Source: an uncultured archaeon (GTDB taxonomy: Archaea; Asgardarchaeota; Lokiarchaeia; Sigyniarchaeales; SOKP01). From it: a stretch of 64,000 nt of DNA. The position numbers and the translations under genes were made by a program. Each line of letters starts with the position of its first letter. The first letter of the stretch is position 1. Shown one piece after another: positions 10,957 through 21,617 of this stretch. The notes beneath the pieces were generated by a model, which was not told the origin of the DNA, did no database searches, and was given only the letters and a program-made list of their open reading frames with translations. The stretch lies in the NCBI GenBank assembly GCA_964583985.1, contig CAZOYD010000001.1, positions 67,532-131,531 of the forward strand. The letters are read 5' to 3'.

Positions 10957-12486
10957 CTATTTTTGAAATAAATTATCAAAGTTCTGGTAAAATTCATTTT
11001 CATTTAGTATTGAGTACAATCTATTTGAAAAATTAAAGATTTTATCATAAAGCTCATAGTGTTTTTCATTTGGATTCCATCGTTTGTCAATTTTGCAAAT
11101 ATTTTCGGCAGCTTTTATTATATCTGGAAATAGTCCTGCTCCATAAGCGGCTAATATTGCAGCACCTAAGGATGTGGCTTCTTCAATAACATTTCTCACG
11201 CAAGATATTCCTAAGACATCAGCATATATTTGATTCCATAAATCAGAACGAGACCCTCCTCCAGTAATTTTTAATTCTTTCGGTTCTATTCCTAAGGATT
11301 TAAAAACAAGGATGTTCTTTTTTACTTCATAAGCCACACCCTCTAAAACAGCTCTATAAAGATCTTTTCTTTGATGACCTAGTGATAAACCATATAAGAT
11401 TCCCCTTGCATAAGGATTCCAATGAGGTGCTCCTGCTCCTACTAAATGAGGTATGAAAAGCAAACCATTTGACCCTACGGGTGATTTTTCAGCTTCCGAT
11501 ATCATAATATAATAAGGATCCTGTCCTAATTCTTCAGCTTTATGGCATTCATCAATTGCAATTTGATCTCTAAACCATCTTAATGCGGCTCCTGTGGTAA
11601 AAATACTAGCTTCTTGAACCCATTTTCCAGGTACGGCATGGCAACTACATAACACTTTTTTTTCAGGATCAAATTTCGGTTCTTCTAAAAAAGCAAGGAT
11701 AAAAGTACCCGTTCCGGTCGTGCATTTTATTTCTCCTGGTGACACAACTCCCACTCCCAATGCGGCTGACTGTTGATCTCCAGCTCCAGTGATAACTAAT
11801 GTCTTCATATCAAAATCTGTCTCCTTGGATACGATTTCTCCGATATCGACTCCACTTTCCATTGGTTCTGGCATTTTATCAAGATCAATTTCCAATTCAG
11901 AAGCAATGTCCTCTGAATATTTTAATTTATTTATATCGAAGAGCATGGTTCTTGAAGCGTTTGAATGATCAGTTACAAACTGTCCCGTTAGTTTGTGCAG
12001 TATGAAATCTGAGACCAATAGAAATTTATGAGTTTTATTATAGATTTCAGGTTTATTATTTTTAAACCAGAGTATTTTTGTGGCAGAAAAATATGGATCA
12101 ATGGTTAATCCAGTGGTACTATATATTTTATCAATTCCAATTTTTCTCTTGATATATTCAACTTCTTTCGTTGTTCTTCTATCTTGCCAAACAAGGGCAT
12201 TATGTAATGGATTTCCCTCTTTATCAACAGGAACAATGGTCTCCCTCTGATTAGTAACAGATAGACTAACAATTTCTGATGGATCGATACCACTTTTCTT
12301 AATAGCTAAGCTTATCGTTATTTTTATTGATTCCCACCAAATATTTGCATCCTGCTCTACATGTGAAGGAGCTGGATATATACTCTCCCATTCTTGATAA
12401 TCACTTGACAAAATGCTTCCATACAAGTCAAATATGAAAGTACGACAACCTGTAGTGCCTAAATCAAGTGCTACAATATATGGCAT
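10957..12486 (-). CDS. FGGY-family carbohydrate kinase (xylulo/glycerol kinase-like)
   Basis: ALDLGTTGCR, TNQRET, WQDRRT, GDQQSA, GGGSRS. Confidence 0.88.
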   Translation of the reverse strand: MPYIVALDLGTTGCRTFIFDLYGSILSSDYQEWESIYPAPSHVEQDANIWWESIKITISLAIKKSGIDPSEIVSLSVTNQRETIVPVDKEGNPLHNALVWQDRRTTKEVEYIKRKIGIDKIYSTTGLTIDPYFSATKILWFKNNKPEIYNKTHKFLLVSDFILHKLTGQFVTDHSNASRTMLFDINKLKYSEDIASELEIDLDKMPEPMESGVDIGEIVSKETDFDMKTLVITGAGDQQSAALGVGVVSPGEIKCTTGTGTFILAFLEEPKFDPEKKVLCSCHAVPGKWVQEASIFTTGAALRWFRDQIAIDECHKAEELGQDPYYIMISEAEKSPVGSNGLLFIPHLVGAGAPHWNPYARGILYGLSLGHQRKDLYRAVLEGVAYEVKKNILVFKSLGIEPKELKITGGGSRSDLWNQIYADVLGISCVRNVIEEATSLGAAILAAYGAGLFPDIIKAAENICKIDKRWNPNEKHYELYDKIFNFSNRLYSILNENEFYQNFDNLFQK

Positions 12487-12568
12487 ATTAATTATTAACT
12501 CCTATAATTATATTTTTCGTTATAAATTATATATTCTAATATTTAATAAAACTATTATTGTTATTGTA

Positions 12569-13252
12569 CTATTTCTTTCTTTCATAACTACATTGAGTAC
12601 ATACTAACTTTTGATAACCTCGAGCATGATCCTTTTTCTCAATCAATAATCCTTTACAAACTGGACACATTGGATTATGAGGAAAAAACCATTGTCCTTG
12701 GATGTTTGGCGTATCTTTTAACGAGTTGACAAATTTAATTTTATCAAGATCGTTTTTACTGGCTTGTATAAGTTGTTGTTCTTCAGCCCATGATATCCCT
12801 TTTGGAGCTAATCCCATCAAGAATTTTATTTCTTTTGGATTATTCAATAAGGATAAGATCCTAAGAATTGCGTCATCTCCATATTCTAAAAATAATTTCC
12901 CAAGTTCTGGAGGAGCCAATCCAACCATGATTGCTTGAGAACTTTCAGAAACTCCTAATTTTTGGAATAAGAATTGATACATTCTATTTTCTGTGTCCAT
13001 TGCCCATATAATATTCCAACTTTGAATTTCATAATCTTCTTTATCTGGACCTACAATTCTTTTAATGCATTCAAACCAAGAATAATGCAAATTTTTAGAA
13101 ATATTTGCAGATAAATCATCAAAAAACTTGGTTTCAATTACGGGATATTTTTCAAATATGCTTTTGAGAGATAATAATCTAATTTCAGTTAACTTTTTTG
13201 TTTTGAGCTTGTCCCAAGGTGCATAAACAAAAACTGAAAAGAGTTCTTTCAT
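12569..13252 (-). CDS. Hypothetical protein with C-terminal Zn ribbon
   Basis: 227-aa ORF ending CPVC-x16-CTQC. Confidence 0.6.
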   Translation of the reverse strand: MKELFSVFVYAPWDKLKTKKLTEIRLLSLKSIFEKYPVIETKFFDDLSANISKNLHYSWFECIKRIVGPDKEDYEIQSWNIIWAMDTENRMYQFLFQKLGVSESSQAIMVGLAPPELGKLFLEYGDDAILRILSLLNNPKEIKFLMGLAPKGISWAEEQQLIQASKNDLDKIKFVNSLKDTPNIQGQWFFPHNPMCPVCKGLLIEKKDHARGYQKLVCTQCSYERKK

Positions 13253-13374
13253 AATGAGAAAGAAATAGATATTCTATTTATACTATATGCTTGATTGATT
13301 CTATATATTATAGAAAAAAGGTTTAAGTTAGTTTTTTTCATTTAATTTTATTAGTAATTTTAGGAGTATTTCAA

Positions 13375-14526
13375 ATGAATGGAATTTGGGATATAAAAGC
13401 TGATTCTGTAACAAAAGGTGATAACCTTAGGGACGTTTCTCCCATTAGAGAGAAAGTTTGGAAAGATGAAACCAACTTCATTCATTATGTCTTTACTAAA
13501 GCTAATTTTAATAATCCTTGGTACTCAATTCCTTATGATGATTATGAATTGTTTGAAGATTTTATTACGGGGGGCTCTAGACGTTACCCTTCAGATGGTA
13601 ATATCCCTTGTGATATCGTTGCAAGGGAAGCCAGAAAAGTATTAGAAAAAATAGTTTTGTGTTCGAGTGATCCAAATCACTATTATTGTGAGGACGCGCG
13701 TAAAGCTTTGAAGAATGGGAAGTATGATATAATTAGGGGAACCTTAAAGTTATATTTAGGAAAATATACAACCAGAGATTGGAGAAGAAAAAGATTTACA
13801 GACGATATCGATTTTTGGATGTTTCAAACTAATCTTTTAGATTCCAAACTAAAGGAATGCAGTTTTACAAAAAATAAAAAAACTGGAGAATGGGAAAAGA
13901 GAGTAGAATGGGAAAAACTCGGCACTGAAGAAAAAAGAACGGAATTATTATTTGCAGCAAACAATCTCAACCAATTACTTGATTTTGGAGCAGGTGCTTT
14001 CCTCGAAGGTTCAGATTTAAAAGAGATTTTTGATAAAAAAATTAAAAGAGGCCATGATGTAGATCTTAGTGACATTATAAATGTAGTAATGGTTAATGGG
14101 GGAAACGAAGGGAAACATGAAGATGAATGGTTAAACGCTTGGAATTCATTCGAAGAAGCAGCAAATACTAGAAATGCAAGAACCACTTCAAATTTAATCA
14201 GTTTATGCCGCTATTCCTTAGCAATTGCAGATCATCTTGAAGAAGTAAGCAATGTCTTAATTAAATTTAATGATTCCATTTTTGATAAATCTAAACATCC
14301 AGATGCAAAATTAAAGAAAATCTGTCAAATCTCGCCTCATTGGCTAAAATTTTTAGAAGATAATGGACCAGATGAAACAAGAAAAATGCTCCATGATTTT
14401 TACCACGAGCAAGCTGAAGAAAAGCCTATTCACGCAAAAAATTTGAGAAATTTCGCAAATAAAGTCATGAAATTACTCAATTCTAAATATGAATACTTAA
14501 AGATTATATTTGAAATTGAAGAATAA
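13375..14526 (+). CDS. Putative nucleotidyltransferase (Pol-beta fold, AbiEii/DUF1814-like motifs)
   Basis: IIRGTLKLYL...RFTDDIDFW and DKKIKRGHDVDLSDI resemble the GG/GT..R-x-T/S-x-D-h-D and K..R...D..D motifs; AGGAG RBS. Confidence 0.5.
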   Translation: MNGIWDIKADSVTKGDNLRDVSPIREKVWKDETNFIHYVFTKANFNNPWYSIPYDDYELFEDFITGGSRRYPSDGNIPCDIVAREARKVLEKIVLCSSDPNHYYCEDARKALKNGKYDIIRGTLKLYLGKYTTRDWRRKRFTDDIDFWMFQTNLLDSKLKECSFTKNKKTGEWEKRVEWEKLGTEEKRTELLFAANNLNQLLDFGAGAFLEGSDLKEIFDKKIKRGHDVDLSDIINVVMVNGGNEGKHEDEWLNAWNSFEEAANTRNARTTSNLISLCRYSLAIADHLEEVSNVLIKFNDSIFDKSKHPDAKLKKICQISPHWLKFLEDNGPDETRKMLHDFYHEQAEEKPIHAKNLRNFANKVMKLLNSKYEYLKIIFEIEE

Positions 14527-14575
14527 CCTTGTTTTTTATAAATAAAAATTTAAATAATTATCAAATAATATTTTA

Positions 14576-14875
14576 TTGATGGCTAAATTTAAAATTATTA
14601 TTAAGAAACATTGTGTCTTCTGTGAAATCTTAAAAGAATGGCTAAAAGAGAAGAAAATCGATTATAAAATTATAGATTACCAAGATCCAAATGATTTTGA
14701 TGATCCTTTAATGAAAAATCCGACCTTTAACAGCCTATATTGTGATATGAGTGCATGTGTAGAAAGTATTCCTTTAATAGTAAAAAATGAAAAGGAATTT
14801 TATTACTCTGAAATATGGGATCTTGTGAATAATAAAATTATTGAAGCAAAAGCTAAGGAACTATTCGAAATTTAG
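14576..14875 (+). CDS. Glutaredoxin-like thioredoxin-fold protein
   Basis: HCVFC CxxC, WLKEKKIDYKIID, cis-Pro motif SIP. Confidence 0.65.
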   Translation: MMAKFKIIIKKHCVFCEILKEWLKEKKIDYKIIDYQDPNDFDDPLMKNPTFNSLYCDMSACVESIPLIVKNEKEFYYSEIWDLVNNKIIEAKAKELFEI

Positions 14876-15025
14876 AATTCATTATTTATATACAAATGAA
14901 TTCGTGAAACTAAACTTTCACGCACTTTGACATATACCTTCATAATTCTTCGATATGGACTACGATGTTACTTTGATGATCCTTAAAAATAAGAAAAGGA
15001 AAGATTTCCAATAGAAGGATAGTTT

Positions 15026-16273
15026 TTATTCAATCAATTCTTCGACAGCAATTTCATTGCTGTTATAAAGACGATTTTTTGTGACTCGATAGAGTATCCA
15101 AAATCCAATTATTGCGATCAAACATAAAATTCCTGCTAAATACCAAACCCAATTTGGCCCAATATAATCATAAACTAAACCAGCAACTATAATCCCAAAT
15201 AGACTTGGAATCGACCAATGAAAACCGTATACGGCCATATATCTTCCTCGCTTATCTTGAGGCGCAAAACGGGCAACTATAGCTTGTGAAACGGGTATTA
15301 CGATCATCTCTCCCACAGTAAGTATTGCCATAGCTATGAAAAACAAGTACGGTTCAGAAATAAATCCATACATCCCAAAACCAATCATATATAGAAACGT
15401 CCCAGCAACCATCATTTTCATAGGAGCAAACTTTGAAACCTTTTTAGTTATCCAGAATTGAAATACTACTACCATCAAAGCATTCATGCTCAACAACAGG
15501 CCAAAAGCTGTCTTTGGAAACCCATATTCTGTTAGTAGAAATACCGACAACGTGCTATTCATTTGCATGTAAACCAATACTGTCACGGCAGACACAGCAA
15601 GAAACAAAATATAAATTGTATCTTTAAAAACCTCTTTATATCCTATTAGTGTCTTTAAAACCGATTCCTCTGGTTTATCATCTTGTTTTTCTGGTTTCGT
15701 TTCTGGAATGACAATGAATACAATTAAAGCGGTAATTAAGCTGCTCACAGCGTCCGAAATAAATAAAAACATATAGGATTGGCTTGCTAATAATCCGCCA
15801 AGCATAGGTCCTACTGTTGCTGAAAGATTTACTGCCACTCGTAATAATCCAAATCCTTCCGCTTGTTTATCATTTGGAAGTAGATCCACCACCATTGCCT
15901 GACGTGCTGGACCGCCTAAATCTCCGAGAACGCCTAAAAATGCTGCTATTATGAAAAAAAGATTCAGATTATCAACAAGTCCCATCAAAATACTTCCTAC
16001 ACCACTTGATATTAAACCTAAAAGAAGCATCGACCGCCGCCCGTATTTATCAGCTAACGCTCCTCCTATCGTACTACCAAGTATGCTTCCACCAGAAAAC
16101 ACCCCAAATAAAAACCCCACTTGAACCATGCTTGCACCAAACCTTTCTATAAGATATATTGAGAAATACGGAAATAACAAAAAACTTCCGAACCTATCAA
16201 TGAATGTGGCGAGGATCAGCACTTTAAATGGATTTGGGTATTCCTTATAACTAATTTTGATTCTTGTAAACAT
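15026..16273 (-). CDS. MFS transporter (MdtH/DHA1-like)
   Basis: About 12 TM segments; motif A GALADKYGRR. Confidence 0.88.
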   Translation of the reverse strand: MFTRIKISYKEYPNPFKVLILATFIDRFGSFLLFPYFSIYLIERFGASMVQVGFLFGVFSGGSILGSTIGGALADKYGRRSMLLLGLISSGVGSILMGLVDNLNLFFIIAAFLGVLGDLGGPARQAMVVDLLPNDKQAEGFGLLRVAVNLSATVGPMLGGLLASQSYMFLFISDAVSSLITALIVFIVIPETKPEKQDDKPEESVLKTLIGYKEVFKDTIYILFLAVSAVTVLVYMQMNSTLSVFLLTEYGFPKTAFGLLLSMNALMVVVFQFWITKKVSKFAPMKMMVAGTFLYMIGFGMYGFISEPYLFFIAMAILTVGEMIVIPVSQAIVARFAPQDKRGRYMAVYGFHWSIPSLFGIIVAGLVYDYIGPNWVWYLAGILCLIAIIGFWILYRVTKNRLYNSNEIAVEELIE

Positions 16274-16476
16274 AATTGATTTAACTTGTAGGTTTTTTTA
16301 TAAATTTGATCATACATTTGTTTATTCTTTAGAATTAAAAAAATTTTTACTTAAAATAGATTCTTAATATGAAGTAAGAATGAATAAAGGAATTACAATA
16401 AATACATATAATAAAAAATAATTATAATCTTGAATACATTAATCGTAGTATAAAACTAAGTATTAGGTAAATTTTT

Positions 16477-17721
16477 ATGTACGATTATATAATAAGTGAA
16501 GATGCCAAAAAGATAAAACAAGAAGTACGTTCATTTGTAAGAGACGAGGTACCTCATTCTTTAATTAAAAAGATGGATAAAGAAGAAATTAATTATCCAA
16601 CTGAATTCTTACAGAAACTTGGTAAAAAAAATCTTATAGGTTTAAGATTTCCCAAGGAATTTGGTGGTCGAGGTTTAAATTGGGAATGCGAAGTTGTTGC
16701 GCTTGAAGAAGTTGGCGTGCTTGGAAGCTCATTACCGTGCCTTTATTCACTTCCTATAATTACAGGAGAAGCAATGAATTTATTTGGCTCTGAACATCAA
16801 AAAATAAATTATTTGAAGCCAATGTGTGAAGGTAAAAAGTATACTGCAGAAGCTTTAACAGAACCAAGAGGTGGATCTGATTTTTTTGGAGCAACCTGCA
16901 CCGCTGCTAAAGATGGAGATTTTTACATCTTGAATGGGGAAAAACGTTTTGTTGTGGGAGCTGAGGGAGCTGACTTTTTTTTAGTTTACGCGAAAACAAA
17001 CTTGGATCCAAAATCGGATCCTCGAACATCTCTAAGTTTATTTATAGTGGATCGTAGCGATGGTGTTGAAACGGAATATATTTATGGTCTTTTAGGAACT
17101 AGAGGTGGTGGCGCTGGAAGACTCAAATTTACAGATGTTCAAGTACCAAAAGAGAATATTATTATGGGAGAGGGACAAGGAGGGAGAATTTTTTATCAAA
17201 TGATGGTTCCTGAGCGCCTTACAACGGCTGCAGGTTCATTAGGATCGGCTAGAACTTGTCTTCATATTGCTACCAAGTATTCAACTAAAAGGAAAGCTTT
17301 TGGACAGACGATTAAAAATTTCCAAGCGGTAAATTTTAAAGTAGCAGATAGTATCACGCTTTTAGATGCAGCAAGAGCAATTGTGCTTAATACTGCGAGA
17401 TCGATTGATGCTGGTGCGCCACCCGCTTTACAAAGAAGATTAGTCTCAGAGTCTAAGAAATTTTCAACAAAATCTTGCTGGAAAGTAATTAACAATGCGA
17501 TGCAGATCATGGGTGGTATTGGTTATACAACAGTTTATCCCATCGAAAAAATTTTACGTGATTCAAGGATAGGTGAATTGTGGACTGGAACCACAGAAAT
17601 CATGAATATGATCATTCAACATGAATATTATAAAGAATTATTAAGCGAAAAATGGCTCGATCGAGACGTTGAAAAAGATGCTATTGATGCGGATCATGAG
17701 GAAGAAAAACACTATGGTTGA
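16477..17721 (+). CDS. Acyl-CoA dehydrogenase
   Basis: [24 protein letters not shown]...[17 protein letters not shown]. Confidence 0.93.
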   Translation: MYDYIISEDAKKIKQEVRSFVRDEVPHSLIKKMDKEEINYPTEFLQKLGKKNLIGLRFPKEFGGRGLNWECEVVALEEVGVLGSSLPCLYSLPIITGEAMNLFGSEHQKINYLKPMCEGKKYTAEALTEPRGGSDFFGATCTAAKDGDFYILNGEKRFVVGAEGADFFLVYAKTNLDPKSDPRTSLSLFIVDRSDGVETEYIYGLLGTRGGGAGRLKFTDVQVPKENIIMGEGQGGRIFYQMMVPERLTTAAGSLGSARTCLHIATKYSTKRKAFGQTIKNFQAVNFKVADSITLLDAARAIVLNTARSIDAGAPPALQRRLVSESKKFSTKSCWKVINNAMQIMGGIGYTTVYPIEKILRDSRIGELWTGTTEIMNMIIQHEYYKELLSEKWLDRDVEKDAIDADHEEEKHYG

Positions 17722-17829
17722 TCTTTTTTTTTATTAATTTAAAGGATAATTAGAGGAAAAGATCATTTTATTATTATTTTTAATTAGGTGATTTCTTCAT
17801 AATTTAATAAAAGATGAAGGGAGATGTAA

Positions 17830-19050
17830 ATAAAGAAGGATTTTATAACCACATTAAATTTATCTGCAGTCACATTACTTGTGATGATTGGATTAAGTAT
17901 TGTAGCTCCAATTTTGCCCTATTATGCAGAAACCTTTAATGTGAATTATACGCTTGTTGGTCTTGTTGTATCTGCATTTGGGATAGCTCGCATGTTCATT
18001 GATTTGCCTGCGGGTTTTTTGGCTCAAAAATATGATATAAAGAAACTAATGCTGTTAGGTTTGATACTTGTGTCAACATCCTCTATCATTGCTGGATTAG
18101 CTCAAAATTATTGGATTTTATTATTTGCTCGAATTATTGAAGGTTTTGGCTCTGCAATTTATGTAACAAGTGCAACCATTTTTATAGCATTAATAGCTAG
18201 CCCTGAAAGAAGAGGATTTTTAATGAGCATTTATTCTGGATTTTTATTATTAGGCTCTATTTTTGGTCCTAGTTTTGGGGGATTTATAGCAACTCTTTAT
18301 GGTCTTAATGCCCCATTTTTCGCATATGCTATTATTTCTGCTATTGGGATCATTCCCACTCTCACTTTACCGAGAGTTAATAATTTGAAAGATAAAAAAC
18401 ATTTTAAACCACGAGAACTTTACAAGCAAGCATGGCATAGTTTAAAAGATCTTAACTTTATGCCAGTTCTTCCCGCAATTTTCTCACTGTTCTTTATACG
18501 AACTGGAGTTCGAAATACTCTTTTGCCTCTTTTTTCAGGCAAAGATCTTGGTTTAAATGAGTTTGATATTGGTATTTTATTAACCATAGCAGCTATTGCA
18601 ACAACAATTACAATGCTCTCAATTGGCTTAATTTCAGACAAAATAGGAAGAAGAACTCCACTATTTTTATCCCTTGTCGCTTCTGCACCTATAACATTAT
18701 GGATTCCTTTTACATCAAGCATCATTTATGTATCATTAGTCATTTTTATTTATGGAGCCATAATTGGGTTATCAGGACCAATTGCAGCTTATGTAACGGA
18801 TATCGCACCTAAAGATAAGCTTGAGATTTATATGGGCGTCTATCGGACGATTGGAGATTTAGGTTTTGTAATTGGTCCATTATTAATGGGTTATATTGTT
18901 GATCTTACTGGTGTAGCTATCATGAGAGAAGGAACGCTTATTGAATTGGTAGGATGGCCCCCTTTCGCGATAGCTGCTTGCATAATGATTTTAGCTGGAA
19001 TAATTCTTCTTAAAGCACCTGATCTTAGACAGAAAGATTTATTACCTTAA
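17830..19050 (+). CDS. MFS transporter; probable start at ATA 17830, upstream of the track's GTG 17881
   Basis: About 12 TMs, GLISDKIGRR motif; TM1 (LNLSAVTLLVMIGLSIV) is complete only with the in-frame upstream extension to 17830. Confidence 0.8.
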   Translation: MKKDFITTLNLSAVTLLVMIGLSIVAPILPYYAETFNVNYTLVGLVVSAFGIARMFIDLPAGFLAQKYDIKKLMLLGLILVSTSSIIAGLAQNYWILLFARIIEGFGSAIYVTSATIFIALIASPERRGFLMSIYSGFLLLGSIFGPSFGGFIATLYGLNAPFFAYAIISAIGIIPTLTLPRVNNLKDKKHFKPRELYKQAWHSLKDLNFMPVLPAIFSLFFIRTGVRNTLLPLFSGKDLGLNEFDIGILLTIAAIATTITMLSIGLISDKIGRRTPLFLSLVASAPITLWIPFTSSIIYVSLVIFIYGAIIGLSGPIAAYVTDIAPKDKLEIYMGVYRTIGDLGFVIGPLLMGYIVDLTGVAIMREGTLIELVGWPPFAIAACIMILAGIILLKAPDLRQKDLLP

Positions 19051-19203
19051 TTTTTCATTCCCTGCAATCAATCAACAATTTTTAAGAAGAATAGAAATTC
19101 TAATAAAAAACCTTTATTCCTCCAAAAATGGGAGTGGCAAATTTTTATTGCTGCAAAATATAGTAAGCGGTGATATATAGATAAATTTTCACGATTAAAC
19201 TGA

Positions 19204-19977
19204 CTAGACGACTTCCTTGTAAGAAAAATATCGTTGCCGAAGAATTTCAAATCCAATAATAATTGCGGCCGAATTAAGCGGGAGAGATCCTGTAAATTCT
19301 CTCTTATAAGGAATGGTAAACCTTAAATCTGCTTTATCTAAAAAAGTGCGATTAATGCCTCTTTTTTCACCCCCAATTACTATAAATAGTGGGGGTTTCA
19401 GATCACTTTGATATATTGACTGACCTTTATCTTTAGCAGTACAAGCAATGGTGAAATTATAAGATTTGAAGAAGTTAGCTGTTGTTTCTAAATCTTCAAC
19501 TAATGCTATCGGCATTAATTCTGAAGTGCCTGCGGAAGATTTAATAATAGTTGCATCCACATCAAGCCAACTTCTCTGTTTTATCACGATTCCATCTATT
19601 CCTGCAGCATATAATGACCGAATTGTGTAACCAAGATTATAAGGGTCTTCAATTCCGTCCAAATAAATAATTACACTGGGTTTTGATTTCAAGAGTTCAG
19701 GTAATTTTTGGTAGGTTCTTTCACTTACAATAGCAGCAATTCCTCCATGAGACTTCCCATTGGCATGTTTTTCAAACCACTTATAGTCCACAGGTTCAAT
19801 CTGTATTTCCTTGGAATTTACTAATTCAAGTATCTGCTTGAGAGATTTTAACTGCTTAGTATTTCTTTTCCTCTGGAGCTTAGCAACATCATAAAATAAA
19901 GTCAGAACCTTACGATATTTTGAATGCAAAACAGCATTTACAGACATTTTTCCCTCAATTATAATAGAATCTGTCAT
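19204..19977 (-). CDS. SpoU/TrmH-family RNA 2'-O-methyltransferase (RlmB-like)
   Basis: LDGIEDPYNLGYTIRS, VIGGEKRGI, IPY...SLPLNSA. Confidence 0.85.
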   Translation of the reverse strand: MTDSIIIEGKMSVNAVLHSKYRKVLTLFYDVAKLQRKRNTKQLKSLKQILELVNSKEIQIEPVDYKWFEKHANGKSHGGIAAIVSERTYQKLPELLKSKPSVIIYLDGIEDPYNLGYTIRSLYAAGIDGIVIKQRSWLDVDATIIKSSAGTSELMPIALVEDLETTANFFKSYNFTIACTAKDKGQSIYQSDLKPPLFIVIGGEKRGINRTFLDKADLRFTIPYKREFTGSLPLNSAAIIIGFEILRQRYFSYKEVV

Positions 19978-20396
19978 TTTCTTGTTCCTTTAAATATGAG
20001 TATGATTCTAAAATGATAGCCATGTATTAAACCTATTTCATATAGAACGAGTAAAATTATGATTATTTCATCTCACAATGATATTCTCGTAAAACATCGT
20101 TTTATCCTTTATCGAGGATACTCAAAAGAAGTGCTTGTACCTAAAAGTACTTAAGGAGATAAAAGCTAAAGGATTGAATTTTTCCATCGTTTTGTATTGA
20201 TTTTATTTATATTCATTTTGAATAATATAGATAACGTTTACTTGATTGAGATGTAGCAAAGATTCAGTCGATGCTAATAATGATGAATAAAAGCATTTCG
20301 GTTAAATAAAACTCTCTTTTTTTTTTTAACGAAATTAATATATTAGATTTACTATAGAAGAGAATTTAACAAACTTAGTATTAGAATCTTATGATT

Positions 20397-21545
20397 TTAT
20401 TTTTGTTTGGATAAATACCGCACTTTCACGAGTAAATCTCTTAATTCCATTTTATCACTATCTGAAGTAATGTATTTCTTTTTTACTCCTTCTAAAAGTG
20501 GCATAGTTTTGATTTTATTACCTTGCAACGAAACCATGTTCCCAAATTTAGATTCCAAAACAAGATTCATAGCTGCTAATCCAAATCTCAATCCCAGAAT
20601 TCTATCGAAAGAATTAGGAGTCCCCGCTCGCATTGTGTGTCCTAAAACCACGCTTCTGCATTCGAATTCAACGTCATTTTGGAGAAATACTTCTTTTAAA
20701 TCTTCCCTTAAATTTAATTCATCTACGATAATTTGTGAGATGTTTAACTTTGCTAATAATGGATTACCAAATGTATCTTTAGGTAATTTATCAATGGTAT
20801 CCTTTGAAATTGTTTTAAAATCTCGATTTAAAGAGTCAATATGCGGATGAGCTCCTTCAGATGTGGCAATAATATGATATTTATATCCAGCATTAGCTCT
20901 ATTTTTGAGTACATCAACAACATCTCTTTCTAAACTAAAAGGAGTTTCAGGAACTAATATTATATCAGCACCGGCAGAAATTCCGCTATACATTGTAAGA
21001 AAACCTGCGTCTCTTCCCATTATTTCCACTACAAATACCCTTTGATGAGACCTTGCAGTGGTCGTTAAATTATCCATCGCATTGGAAGCAAGTTGTACAG
21101 CGCTCCAGAACCCAAATGTGTAATGCGTTCCCTTCAAGTCATTATCTATCGTTTTTGGAACCCCTACTACATTTGCATTTGCAATTTTATACATGGTATC
21201 GGCTACTCCAAGAGTATCATCTCCACCGATAGCAATTAAGGCATCAATACCTAACGCTTTAAATTGATTACCTAATTGCTTTGCTTTTTCCTCTTTAGAT
21301 TCCATTCCTTTGAATGGATTAGTACGACTTGTATACAGAATTGTCCCTCCCTTGGTATGAAGATCGTCATGATCAGCTATGTTTAAGGGAATCGTCAAAT
21401 TTTCAACAAAACCTTTCCATCCTTTTAAAATTCCTACGCATTCTACACCCGCATCGTAAGCTTTTAACATTATTCCGTAAATCACAGAATTTAATCCAGG
21501 ACAATCTCCTCCTCCTGTTAAAATCCCTACTCTTTTAATATTCAT
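20397..21545 (-). CDS. pfk: 6-phosphofructokinase, PfkA family, PPi-type signature
   Basis: TGGGDCPGLN, GGDD, PKTIDND, MGR. Confidence 0.9.
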   Translation of the reverse strand: MNIKRVGILTGGGDCPGLNSVIYGIMLKAYDAGVECVGILKGWKGFVENLTIPLNIADHDDLHTKGGTILYTSRTNPFKGMESKEEKAKQLGNQFKALGIDALIAIGGDDTLGVADTMYKIANANVVGVPKTIDNDLKGTHYTFGFWSAVQLASNAMDNLTTTARSHQRVFVVEIMGRDAGFLTMYSGISAGADIILVPETPFSLERDVVDVLKNRANAGYKYHIIATSEGAHPHIDSLNRDFKTISKDTIDKLPKDTFGNPLLAKLNISQIIVDELNLREDLKEVFLQNDVEFECRSVVLGHTMRAGTPNSFDRILGLRFGLAAMNLVLESKFGNMVSLQGNKIKTMPLLEGVKKKYITSDSDKMELRDLLVKVRYLSKQK

Positions 21546-21617
21546 TTCGAGTACCTTACTAATTTTTTGTTTTAATATTATGGTTATTTTCTATTAAAAA
21601 AAAATTATGTTTCTTTT

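Noticed and set aside
14895-14925. Hairpin CGTGAAA-N6-TTTCACG between convergent genes
   Set aside because: Could be a terminator or sRNA element, but a single 7-bp stem is insufficient evidence.
19978-20396. 420-bp gap possibly hiding a small gene or pseudogene
   Set aside because: Only short broken frames (about 30 codons) with no recognisable similarity.
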